Positions 17,624 to 25,830 of a stretch of DNA of 47,652 nucleotides are shown one piece after another (position 1 is the stretch's first letter; each line of letters begins with the position of its first letter). The stretch lies in the IMG/VR virus record IMGVR_UViG_3300010376_000050, positions 1 through 47,652 of that record; one strand, written 5' to 3'. The DNA is from a virus (taxonomy: Duplodnaviria > Caudoviricetes). The position numbers and the translations under genes are program-made. The notes below the pieces were generated by a model that searched no databases, was not told the DNA's origin, and saw only the letters and a program-made list of their open reading frames with translations.

Positions 17624-17976
17624 GGCTCATCACCCTCCCACACGGCGATGAACGTCTCGGGCCGTTCCCCCCGTCTTTTGTGAAGCACCAGCATCGTCAC
17701 GGCGGCGTCCGAATGTATCTGCCCTCCTTCGGCCAGCCCGTCGAGCACGACCTTCGCACAGTTGTCGAGATCGAGTCTCTGCTTAGGCCCGAGCGTGCGA
17801 TAAATTTCTACCGAGTGGAAAGCCTGACGCACGCGCCGCCCGCGGGCCGCTACCGCCACGGCTTGCTTAAACGCCGTCGCCTCGTCCGTCACGTAGTAAT
17901 GCCCGTCGCGCGAACGCATCTTGTAGTGGTTCACCGAAGGCGGCGCGAGCGGTACGGTGAACTCAAGTTCGCGCAT
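17620..17976 (-). CDS. rusA: RusA-family Holliday junction resolvase
   Basis: PPSVNHY, DLDNCAKVVLDGL and SDAAV catalytic motifs. Confidence 0.9.
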   Translation of the reverse strand: MRELEFTVPLAPPSVNHYKMRSRDGHYYVTDEATAFKQAVAVAARGRRVRQAFHSVEIYRTLGPKQRLDLDNCAKVVLDGLAEGGQIHSDAAVTMLVLHKRRGERPETFIAVWEGDEP

Positions 17977-18148
17977 AACCGTCCTCGAGATACCGCTTCG
18001 CTTGTTGTGGCGAAATGCCGAACCGCCGCCCCAGGTCTTTGTAGTTGAGCGCGTACTCGCGCCTGAGCCAACGCATCTTCTCCACCTCTTTCGTCCCCAG
18101 GTGAAACCGGCCCGCGCTGAACGCGCTGTGATGGTTCGCGCTCTTCAC
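17963..18148 (-). CDS. Small HTH protein (61 aa)
   Basis: GTGA-coupled start; NYKDLGRRFGISPQQAKRYL. Confidence 0.6.
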   Translation of the reverse strand: MKSANHHSAFSAGRFHLGTKEVEKMRWLRREYALNYKDLGRRFGISPQQAKRYLEDGYART

Positions 18149-18885
18149 GCCGCGTCGCCTCCGGGCGCGTCCAGACAATCGTGCGCCATGAATTCCCGGG
18201 CCGCCGTCGCCGGGTCGCTCCAGAATTCCTTCCCGCAACGTTCGCACCACGCGTTCGGCTTCGGCTTCAGCTTCTCGACGACCACGCCAAGCTTCGCCAC
18301 CGGCCGCGGCCCGATCATGTCGTCCCGGTACCACTCGGCCAAGTCGACTTTGCCGGCCAGCCGCGCGAACTTGGCCAAGAACGCCCGGCCCTCGGGACAA
18401 TCCTCGGCGCGGTAGAGTAAGTCTCCGGTGCGCGCGTCGATCTCGCAAGGCGTGCCGTCCGCGTCTACATGCTCGAGCGAACCGCGGACCGTCGCGTGCT
18501 CCTGGTGACAATCGCACTTGATCGCCACTTGATATCCGCTGCCCGGCGCGGCCTTGGCATTAGTCACGATCTGGAAACCCGTCCCGTCGCACTTCGTGCA
18601 GCGGCAGTTTCGCTCGCCGCGTTGCGGCATCACCCACGGTTGCGCTTCGATAACTTTCTCGAGCTCTCGCTTTAAACCGCCGGGCGTAGGCATCCGCTCG
18701 GCATTCTCTGTGACTTTTTCCAACGCCACAGACAGCGCGGCGACGGGATATGATTTGAAGACGCGCATCCACACTTCGATCGCCTCATCTTTTATCGCCT
18801 TCCCGTAGAGGAGGCTCCACTCCCTTAATGCCGTGACGAGTAACGACTCTGCTGATGGCCCGTTCGGTTTCATCGGCTGCGTCAT
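18145..18885 (-). CDS. Replication accessory protein (helicase-loader/inhibitor-like N-terminus plus Zn ribbons)
   Basis: Follows the initiator; W...F...RMPTP pattern, CTKCDGTG...KCDC, C-terminal CERC...HDC. Confidence 0.55.
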   Translation of the reverse strand: MTQPMKPNGPSAESLLVTALREWSLLYGKAIKDEAIEVWMRVFKSYPVAALSVALEKVTENAERMPTPGGLKRELEKVIEAQPWVMPQRGERNCRCTKCDGTGFQIVTNAKAAPGSGYQVAIKCDCHQEHATVRGSLEHVDADGTPCEIDARTGDLLYRAEDCPEGRAFLAKFARLAGKVDLAEWYRDDMIGPRPVAKLGVVVEKLKPKPNAWCERCGKEFWSDPATAAREFMAHDCLDAPGGDAA

Positions 18886-19588
18886 AACGATTCGTCTCCT
18901 TGAATAATCCAATGTGCTCTCGCCACGTCACCACGGCGGCGTGCCAGTTTTTCATCAACAAACCTCCGCGGAGTTTCCAGCCGCGCGCTTCATGATGAGC
19001 TATGAAAAGTTCCGCTTCATGTTGGCAGTTTTCTATTCCTTGCTCGCGCATATATTCGGCCACATCCGGGGGCGCGGGCGGAGCGAAGCGAACGCCTTCC
19101 CTCGCGCGAGGAGATGATTTTCGACGAGCGCGAGCCTGAAGTCCGTCACGCGTCACCGACGGACTGTTTCCTTTCCTTATGTCACTGTCGCGTGCCTCAC
19201 GCGTGCCTGACGCGTCAAAGTAGTTATGTACCTTTATTTTGTTTCGTTTAGCGGGGGCCGGTAACCGGCTGGCGGACTCCCGATTGTTAACGAATTGATG
19301 CCTTTTCCAGGTCGGAATGTAGCCGTACGCGTCCGTCCGGGACGCGTACTTGACGAGAAAGCCACGTGACGCTAACGCGTCAAGCACGCGTGAGAAGTCT
19401 AAATCGTCGTACGGAAGGACCAAAAGTTTGAGCGTTTTTGGTCGCCAAGGGAAGCGTCCTTCGCGGTCGCAACAGGTCCAAAGTCCGGCGTAGGCTAAGC
19501 GTATCGGTAGCGAGGTTTCGACTTCGAGTTGATAGAGTTCTTCGTGTCTGAAAAACTCCGGTTTGATCGTCCGAATACGTTGAAACAA
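18785..19588 (-). CDS. Phage replication initiator / replisome organiser
   Basis: RIRTIKPEFF, LWTCCDREGRF, IPTWKRHQ, C-terminal FAPP...GW...KNWHAAVVTW; AGGAGG RBS before a TTG start. Confidence 0.8.
   Translation of the reverse strand: MFQRIRTIKPEFFRHEELYQLEVETSLPIRLAYAGLWTCCDREGRFPWRPKTLKLLVLPYDDLDFSRVLDALASRGFLVKYASRTDAYGYIPTWKRHQFVNNRESASRLPAPAKRNKIKVHNYFDASGTREARDSDIRKGNSPSVTRDGLQARARRKSSPRAREGVRFAPPAPPDVAEYMREQGIENCQHEAELFIAHHEARGWKLRGGLLMKNWHAAVVTWREHIGLFKETNRYDAADETERAISRVVTRHGIKGVEPPLREGDKR
19148..19391. repeat. Putative replication origin: seven ACGCGT-core iterons around an AT-rich patch
   Basis: ACGCGT at 19148, 19199, 19210, 19327, 19342, 19375 and 19386; AT-rich stretch at about 19222-19250. 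Confidence 0.6.
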
Positions 19589-19702
19589 CTGCTACCTCCT
19601 CAACAGGTAGGTGGGGGCAGCCGGTTGAGGCGGCCGCCCCACGCAGGGTGTTACTCTTAATGGACGCTACGGGACTATACGCCCTTTCGGCGCGGTGCGC
19701 TA

Positions 19703-19876
19703 CTATTTTTCGCCCCGGATGCGCTTGAGCAACAACCGGGCCTCGACGTTGCGCTTAACCACCAAAACCTCGTCCCCGCTCTCGATCGCCTCGCATAATT
19801 TCAAGAGCATAATGGCGCAGTCCAGAGCCGTCTTCGCCGCCTCGTCGCGCTGTCGTACCAGCTCACTCGTCTTCAC
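19703..19876 (-). CDS. Hypothetical protein (57 aa)
   Basis: GTGA-coupled start MKTSELVRQRD. Confidence 0.5.
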   Translation of the reverse strand: MKTSELVRQRDEAAKTALDCAIMLLKLCEAIESGDEVLVVKRNVEARLLLKRIRGEK

Positions 19877-20187
19877 GCGGCGTCCGGCCCGTGGGCACGC
19901 CGGTAGGCGCGGGCGTCGTTTTCCTCGCACTCGCGGCATGCGCCGCACTCGGGGCAATAGCCGTGACGGCAAAGCGTGCGGTCGCAAGCGCCGCAAACCC
20001 CGTTGCGGATTCGCTCCAGGCGGCGGTGTTTCTCGAGGTCGTCGGGTTCGATCATCAGGTTCTCCTGTCCGAAGGCCCACATCGTTTTCCAGTGTAGATG
20101 GCAGACCCGGTCGATGCGCCCCCCGCGGCGGAAGAAGAGCCGCCAACGCCGCCAGCACCCGGGCCACCCGCAGAAGTCGCTAATCAC
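19873..20187 (-). CDS. Cys-rich hypothetical protein
   Basis: CGAC, CRHGYCPECGACREC. Confidence 0.5.
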   Translation of the reverse strand: MISDFCGWPGCWRRWRLFFRRGGRIDRVCHLHWKTMWAFGQENLMIEPDDLEKHRRLERIRNGVCGACDRTLCRHGYCPECGACRECEENDARAYRRAHGPDAA

Positions 20188-20539
20188 GGGCGGGTATCTC
20201 CGCGCGCGGCGGTCCGGCCGCGCCTTGCTCGATGATCTCGAGCTGGGCCAAGATTTGATCCAACACGACGTCGCTCAAACCCTCACGCAGCGCACGTATA
20301 AACAGTCCGATCATGATCGACTTGTCCTTCACCTTGCGGTAGATCCTCTCGCGCTCGGCGTGAAGCTCCGAATACTCCTCGGGCGTCGAGCAGACGAGGA
20401 CGAAGCGCGTGCTCTTGCGCTCGTTCCGTATGCGCTTCTTCTGCTCCTCTTCGACGAGCACGACGTGGACGGTTTCGTGTCCGCGGCCTTGACGGGACAA
20501 AAAGCGCAGGTATTCGATGGCGGCTTCAACGTTTGGCAT
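20180..20539 (-). CDS. Hypothetical protein (119 aa)
   Basis: Short overlaps with neighbours; normal composition. Confidence 0.6.
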   Translation of the reverse strand: MPNVEAAIEYLRFLSRQGRGHETVHVVLVEEEQKKRIRNERKSTRFVLVCSTPEEYSELHAERERIYRKVKDKSIMIGLFIRALREGLSDVVLDQILAQLEIIEQGAAGPPRAEIPARD

Positions 20540-21668
20540 TTTCGGTCAAATCGCGTACTTCTACGCCACAATCGCGGCAGCGATCGTAGAATTTCGTCAG
20601 CGCCGCGTACTTCACCAGGCGGTGATTTTCTTCGCCTTCTTTCACGGCCGCCGGGACGCGCCGGAGCTCGAGCAGCGCGACGATTTCGGCCGAAGCCGTC
20701 ACCACGACGTCGCCGTCTTCGCGGCCCGGGTATTCGATGATGAAGACGACCGAGCCTTTGGCAGCTCGGGCGGGTTTGCCAGAGGTGTCGGCCGACTTAC
20801 CCGCCTCCGCCGCACTCCGAGTCTCCACCCTCACAGTGTGCTCGGAATGGCGCTTCATCGCGGCCTCTTCGGCGGCCCGCTCGTCGGGCGTGAGCCGCGC
20901 CAGGTAGTTCGCCACGTCCGGGTCCGCTTCCACCGGCGGCAGATCGAGCGTCCGCCCGTCGTCCGTGCGGGCGTACTCGATCGCACGGCCCTCCGGCGTG
21001 AACTCCGGACGGCCCGCGAATTCTTCCCGTATGTATAAGCCGTCCGTTGCCGGATAAGCCGTGCGCGTGACGGCGGCGCGCGCGCACTTCGCGAGCATCA
21101 GCCGCGGCATCTTGCGAACCATCGGAGAGTAATCGATCTCGGCGTATATCTCGTCCCAGTAGACGGTCGAAGTCGTCGCTTCGCTCGAGCCTCGCTTCGT
21201 CGTCGCGGCACGTGCCCATTCGGGGGCCGTCAGCTTCAACACCGGGCCTTTGCCGTTCTCTTGGTACTTCACCTCGTGGAGCGGCCCGTACTCGACGTCG
21301 GAGTAACTCCCGAAGCTGCGGTGATCGCGCGCCGCGATGTGAAGCAACCCGTTGATGCCGACGATCGGGATCCAACGCTTGCCCGACGGCGCCGAAGCGT
21401 CGCGCCGCGGCACGAACCATATCTGGCCGCGGAACGGGTCGAGCCGGTAGCGCCGGGCCGTGGCCAGGCAGAAGGCTAACTCGGCGTCCGTGGCGCCGCG
21501 GCAGAGCGCGCCCTTGACCAGCTCGACTTCCTCGGCTTTTAACTCCCAGGGGCGCGCGGGCGGGGCCGGGATGCGCACAATGGCCCGTTGCGCGCCGTTG
21601 GGCGGCGCCAGCCGGGCTTTCCCGCCCCGCCTCGGCTTACCCCTCGTGTTCCGCCTCGCGTTCGCCAT
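20526..21668 (-). CDS. bet: Bet/RecT-family single-strand annealing recombinase
   Basis: GATDAEL...LDPFRGQIWFVPR, VGINGL, MPRLMLAKCA...AYP...GLYIREE. Confidence 0.85.
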   Translation of the reverse strand: MANARRNTRGKPRRGGKARLAPPNGAQRAIVRIPAPPARPWELKAEEVELVKGALCRGATDAELAFCLATARRYRLDPFRGQIWFVPRRDASAPSGKRWIPIVGINGLLHIAARDHRSFGSYSDVEYGPLHEVKYQENGKGPVLKLTAPEWARAATTKRGSSEATTSTVYWDEIYAEIDYSPMVRKMPRLMLAKCARAAVTRTAYPATDGLYIREEFAGRPEFTPEGRAIEYARTDDGRTLDLPPVEADPDVANYLARLTPDERAAEEAAMKRHSEHTVRVETRSAAEAGKSADTSGKPARAAKGSVVFIIEYPGREDGDVVVTASAEIVALLELRRVPAAVKEGEENHRLVKYAALTKFYDRCRDCGVEVRDLTENAKR

Positions 21669-21713
21669 ATCGTCTCCTATTCGCTTCCCGCTTTTAGTAC
21701 TACAGGCGTAGTT

Positions 21714-22301
21714 CTATTCCTTGATTACCCTGATTCCGCCCACTTCCCGCTCCGTTAAAGCCGGGTCCTTGTCGTGCCGGGCCTTTTCGGCGATCCGCGC
21801 CAGGTCGGGTACTAACCACTCGCGCTTGACCTTCCGCGCGTTCACCACCTCGACGCGGTAGCGCGTCACCAGGCGCGCCCCGGGGACCGGCGGCGTATTC
21901 GGCTTAACCTCGACGCGCGCCTCCGGCCGCTTACCCTTGTTCAGCCGGGCCTCTTCCCGGGCGGCAGCCTCCTGTTCGGCAAGCCGCCACTTCCGGCAGG
22001 CGTCTTCGATCGGCCCGACGACGGCCTCGATCTCGGCGATGATCTTGTCGCGTTGGGCCCTAAGGTCGGCGAGCGCCGCCGCCAACCTTAACCGCTCCGG
22101 CTCGGCCAACGCTTCGATGGCCTTGGCGTCCCGACGGCCGCTCGAGACGATCTCGAGCCCGCTTTGGTAACTCGGCAAATCCTTCACCGTGCAGAGCGCC
22201 GCGGCGCGCTGCGCCAGGCTTTCGACGGCCATGCGGAACTCTTCGCCGGCAACGATTTGTCCTTCCGTGACGCGGATCAATGCCGTTCCGGTCGCAGTCA
22301 T
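21714..22301 (-). CDS. Coiled-coil protein associated with the recombination module
   Basis: Helical N-terminus; C-terminal EVVNARKVKREWLVPD...VGGIRV. Confidence 0.6.
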   Translation of the reverse strand: MTATGTALIRVTEGQIVAGEEFRMAVESLAQRAAALCTVKDLPSYQSGLEIVSSGRRDAKAIEALAEPERLRLAAALADLRAQRDKIIAEIEAVVGPIEDACRKWRLAEQEAAAREEARLNKGKRPEARVEVKPNTPPVPGARLVTRYRVEVVNARKVKREWLVPDLARIAEKARHDKDPALTEREVGGIRVIKE

Positions 22302-22664
22302 TTATTCTCCTATCCTCCCGAGTTTTACTCGAACGTGCTTGGCCCGGTGGCACTCCGGCGAAAGCGCCCGAAGGTTGTCCAGGCAATCGCAGCGGCCCGA
22401 CGTGCCGCCGCGGATATGATCCATCTCGAATTCGTCCGAGCCGATCGAGAGCGGGCACCCTGCGGCGTGCTGCTTCGCCTGACAGTAACCGCGCGCGCGC
22501 GTCCAAACGATCGGGCGCATCCGCGAGCGGTCGCTGCCCTCGAGGTGAAAGTGAACTTTGCCTTCCGAATCGGGCAGTGACATGAACGAGCCGCGCTCCA
22601 TCAGGAAACGGTTCCGCCGCAACGCCCGCGTCGAGACCAGGTCGCGCTTGAAGCCATGCGGCAT
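22302..22664 (-). CDS. HNH endonuclease
   Basis: RARGYCQ...C...EMDHIRG...NLRALSPECHRAKH. Confidence 0.8.
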   Translation of the reverse strand: MPHGFKRDLVSTRALRRNRFLMERGSFMSLPDSEGKVHFHLEGSDRSRMRPIVWTRARGYCQAKQHAAGCPLSIGSDEFEMDHIRGGTSGRCDCLDNLRALSPECHRAKHVRVKLGRIGE

Positions 22665-23089
22665 CACGCCGCCCCTATAATTTTGCGCATCGCTTCGGCT
22701 TGAACCTTGCTTACTTCTCCGCGGGCTTCCATGCGCTCGAGCTGGAGATTGGCGCACACTTGTTCCGTAGAGTTCGAGGGGTTGAGGATCTTAATACGAG
22801 TAATAGAGCCACGCGGAGAATAATCCTTCAGCACGAAGATCCCGCGCTTTAAAAGTTCTCGCGAGGTGCTTGTTACTCGATTGCGCATCTTGCGTCGGTT
22901 CCCTTCACTGACGCGCCCAAAAAAGACCCTGCACAACGATTCGATCGGCGTCCACTTGTTGACGTCGGAAACGAGTTGTTGCTTGAGATGTTCTTCTAAG
23001 GCCACGACGCTAAAGCCGCCCTTGGCGAGAACTCGGTCGCCCACCTTGAACAGCTTCGGTTCTTGCCGCGGAACTAGATCGCTGGTCAT
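22664..23089 (-). CDS. Hypothetical protein (possible winged helix)
   Basis: ATGA-coupled to the upstream gene; lower GC. Confidence 0.55.
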   Translation of the reverse strand: MTSDLVPRQEPKLFKVGDRVLAKGGFSVVALEEHLKQQLVSDVNKWTPIESLCRVFFGRVSEGNRRKMRNRVTSTSRELLKRGIFVLKDYSPRGSITRIKILNPSNSTEQVCANLQLERMEARGEVSKVQAEAMRKIIGAA

Positions 23090-23628
23090 CGGATGCATCC
23101 TTTCAATTCAGTTTTGGCCCGATTCAATCTGCTCATGGCCGCTGCCGACCCACCTTTGTCAGGGTGGAGTTTGGTGGCCAACACTTTGTAGCCGATGTCG
23201 ATAATCTGGCCCTTAAGCTGGGCGACCAGCTTGTTTTCCTTATCCCTCTCTTGTTGTTGTCGCTTCAGGTTCTCGATGTTCACCGAGGAAAGAGCGTTCC
23301 GCACGGGCTCGTGCCAAACCGGCTGGTGATGCGGGCGCGGGGGGTCCACGGCAGCGCTCAGAGTTGAAAACGAGCGCCGGGGCTCTTTTTGGGTAACTAA
23401 TACCAATCGCATATACTTGCGGGCAGTCGTTGCGCTGAGCGCGAAATTGCGCTTGAGCCAAACGTCCCATTCGCCACGATTGACTTGCTCTTTGGCCTCG
23501 ATCAGCATCTCGCCAGCTCGGCGGTAATGCTCGAGGCCAGCTTTCTCGCCTTCTTCGAGTTCTTCTTTGATCAGCGGAACCAGTATGGGTAAGGACCTGA
23601 CCAGATCGTGTTGCGCGGGTTCGTTCAT
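23086..23628 (-). CDS. DUF3102-like domain fused to a C-terminal J-domain-like (HPD) segment (180 aa)
   Basis: AGEMLIEAKEQVNRGEWDVWLKRNF...TARKYMRL, then GYKVLATKLHPDKGGSAAAMSRLNRA. Confidence 0.7.
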   Translation of the reverse strand: MNEPAQHDLVRSLPILVPLIKEELEEGEKAGLEHYRRAGEMLIEAKEQVNRGEWDVWLKRNFALSATTARKYMRLVLVTQKEPRRSFSTLSAAVDPPRPHHQPVWHEPVRNALSSVNIENLKRQQQERDKENKLVAQLKGQIIDIGYKVLATKLHPDKGGSAAAMSRLNRAKTELKGCIR

Positions 23629-23816
23629 CGTCTCCTCTTTCCGGCGAGCGCCGCGCGGGCTTCCCGCCACACTTCCTTTAAGTATTCGACGGCCGCGCGA
23701 AAGGGCCTCGGTTCGCGCCGTTCGTTGATGATGATCCGCCCGGCCCAGTTGCACTTGTCGCAGCCTTCGCCGATGCACTCGTCGCAGGTTACGGACCAGT
23801 AGGGGGTTACGTTCAT
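23625..23816 (-). CDS. Small zinc-finger protein (63 aa)
   Basis: CDECIGEGCDKCNWAG. Confidence 0.6.
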   Translation of the reverse strand: MNVTPYWSVTCDECIGEGCDKCNWAGRIIINERREPRPFRAAVEYLKEVWREARAALAGKRRR

Positions 23817-23986
23817 TGGTCCGCTCCGTTCGCTTTCAAATAGTCTTCGAGTGCGAACATCAGTATCGACGCTACCGAACGGCGCTGGCTCGCCGCGAGC
23901 TTCGCGAGCTTGTCGTAAAGCTCGATCGGAATCCGCGTGGCCACGAACGCCGTGTGCGTGGGTTGCTTCTTGGTGTTCTTCGCCAT
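23813..23986 (-). CDS. Arc/CopG-like ribbon-helix-helix regulator (57 aa)
   Basis: FVATRIPIELYDKLAKLAASQRRSVASILMFALEDYL. Confidence 0.8.
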   Translation of the reverse strand: MAKNTKKQPTHTAFVATRIPIELYDKLAKLAASQRRSVASILMFALEDYLKANGADQ

Positions 23987-23992
23987 GGCACC

Positions 23993-24021
23993 ACTATACG
24001 CTAGCGTTTTGCGAATGTAAA
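23993..24021 (-). promoter_or_regulatory. Leftward sigma70-type promoter, leaderless
   Basis: TTTACA-N17-TATAGT-N6-ATG on the minus strand. Confidence 0.75.
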
Positions 24022-24040
24022 TAATTATTTTAAAAAGTTC

Positions 24041-24070
24041 TTTACACGTAACCTGTGGACGGGGTATACT
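24041..24070 (+). promoter_or_regulatory. Rightward sigma70-type promoter
   Basis: TTTACA-N18-TATACT with an AT-rich UP-like tract at 24017-24040. Confidence 0.7.
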
Positions 24071-24171
24071 GCCTTCACCATGCGACAAGGGGGCGGCGGG
24101 CAACCCGAACAGACCAAACCCCCTGCGGACGTCCGCCGCCCCAACCCCTATATAACAAAGGAGATAGAGAT

Positions 24172-24369
24172 ATGATGGGAGCTTCTTACCAGACCAAGAA
24201 AGAGCTCAAGGCGGCCGTCGGGCGGCCGTTGCGCTACGTGGAAACCAGTGCTTTCGGCCCGGAGTATAAAGAAAATGGGAAGTTCGTCGTCGTCGGACCA
24301 TCGCCGTATCAGCGCACCTGGTACGCGCAGGTCACTATGAAAGACGGCCTGATCGAGAAGGTGAGCTGA
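24172..24369 (+). CDS. Small early protein (65 aa)
   Basis: AAAGGAG RBS; MMGASYQTKKELK. Confidence 0.7.
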   Translation: MMGASYQTKKELKAAVGRPLRYVETSAFGPEYKENGKFVVVGPSPYQRTWYAQVTMKDGLIEKVS

Positions 24370-24442
24370 CGATGATCTTGATCGAAGCCCAGCTCGCGAT
24401 CGTGATCCTCGTGGCCGCCGTGATGATGCTGTGGGCGGACCT

Positions 24443-24628
24443 ATGACGCGCGACGAACTCATCGCCATCCGCTCGAACGAAAACCTCGAGGCGCTGCTCG
24501 AGTGCCTGGCCCGGCGCCGGTGTCGCATGCCGAATTGCGGCCGGTCCACGTACGGGAGCCTGTTCCTCACCATCTGCGACGAATGTTTATACAAACCATT
24601 GTTCGAAGAGAGGGAAGACCAGAATTAG
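24443..24628 (+). CDS. Small Cys4 protein
   Basis: CRMPNC...CDEC; start MTRDEL. Confidence 0.5.
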   Translation: MTRDELIAIRSNENLEALLECLARRRCRMPNCGRSTYGSLFLTICDECLYKPLFEEREDQN

Positions 24629-24745
24629 GCCGAAATTCGGCCGAGGGACGGCAAGACAGCCGGTGGATTTTAGACATCCTTTGCCCCGGCCGAATCGCGG
24701 CGTCAGGCGCCGCCCGAAGATGGCCAGACGTGAGGAGGGGAATCG

Positions 24746-25075
24746 ATGAGCTCTCAACCTTCGCTTTTCGGCAATCCACCGCGGCTCGTACCAACCAAGC
24801 GCCCGAAGACTACTCTCGACGGACGCTTCGACGACTGGGCCGCCGAGAACCCCGAGATCGTCGAGCTCTTCCTCCGCTACGCGCGCGAGGCCCGCGCCTC
24901 GGGCCGCCATTACGGGATAAAGGCGATCGCCGAGCGCGTCCGCTGGCACGTGACGGTGGAGAAGCGCGAGGATTACAAGATCAACAACAGCTACATGAGC
25001 CGTCTGTCGCGCCTGTTAGTGCGCGTCGATCCCGACCTCGTCGGTCTGTTCGAGTTCCGCAAGCTGAAGAGCTAA
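24746..25075 (+). CDS. Phage hypothetical protein (109 aa)
   Basis: GAGGAGG RBS; ENPEIVELF...ERVRW...KINN...LFEFR. Confidence 0.7.
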   Translation: MSSQPSLFGNPPRLVPTKRPKTTLDGRFDDWAAENPEIVELFLRYAREARASGRHYGIKAIAERVRWHVTVEKREDYKINNSYMSRLSRLLVRVDPDLVGLFEFRKLKS

Positions 25076-25257
25076 CCGCCGTTCGCCTTCGGCGGCTTGA
25101 ACCTCTCGAACTTCGTGCCGATCAGCGAGAACAGCCGGTAAAGCCACTTGAGGAAGTAATTGTTGCCCGTGTAGACCGGGATCGCGCTCGAGATCGCGCC
25201 GAGTATCCAGGCGGACAACGCCCCCATCTCGAATCCGGTCCGCAATTCGTGCGTCAT
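25072..25257 (-). CDS. Small membrane protein, holin candidate
   Basis: Hydrophobic 61 aa at the end of the late operon. Confidence 0.45.
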   Translation of the reverse strand: MTHELRTGFEMGALSAWILGAISSAIPVYTGNNYFLKWLYRLFSLIGTKFERFKPPKANGG

Positions 25258-25631
25258 TTTGGCTTCGGCGGATTAGGTGGAATCCGCGGGGCCTGAGTCC
25301 CGGGAGGAGGTATTTCTTTAGAGCTCACTTTGTTCGATGCCGCCGACTCCTGGCCATCCTCGGACTCGGCCGTCACGTACCACTCGTAGACGCCGATCTC
25401 GGGCTTGGCGAAGACCAGGTAATACGTCGCCGTCGTCGTCAGCATCTTGCGGAACTTGTCCCCGTTGAAGTTGACGTAGAGGTCGTACCGTGCGGCGGCC
25501 GCGCTCTTGGTCCACTTCAGCGTCGGCAACTTGGCGTCGGCGTCCCAACTCACCTTTACCGTTTCGGGGGCTTTGCCCTTTTGCGCGGGCGCGGCGGACG
25601 CCAGGAGTAGAATCAGGACGAGCGGCCTCAC
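25254..25631 (-). CDS. Secreted fibronectin type III-like protein
   Basis: Signal MRPLVLILLLASAAPAQ; LKW...YDLY...YEWYVTA...ESAASN. Confidence 0.7.
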   Translation of the reverse strand: MRPLVLILLLASAAPAQKGKAPETVKVSWDADAKLPTLKWTKSAAAARYDLYVNFNGDKFRKMLTTTATYYLVFAKPEIGVYEWYVTAESEDGQESAASNKVSSKEIPPPGTQAPRIPPNPPKPK

Positions 25632-25819
25632 GGGGCCACCGGGTGGTGCGTCACCATGCCGAACAGCGCGTAGACTACGTAGATGGCCGCCACCACGATG
25701 ACCAAGACCTTCACGATTTGCTTGACGGTAGCGTCGAGCGCCGGGAAGGCTTGAACCCCCCAGAGTATGATCCCGGCGACGACTACGACCAAAATAATCT
25801 GCAACAGATCATGCGGCAT
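25628..25819 (-). CDS. Two-TM small membrane protein (63 aa), holin candidate
   Basis: AAGGAG RBS; MPHDLLQIILVVVVAGIILW... Confidence 0.65.
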   Translation of the reverse strand: MPHDLLQIILVVVVAGIILWGVQAFPALDATVKQIVKVLVIVVAAIYVVYALFGMVTHHPVAP

Positions 25820-25830
25820 CGGCAGTCTCC

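Noticed and set aside
16432-17626. CRISPR-like array
   Set aside because: The repeats are coding gene ends with long, irregular spacing.
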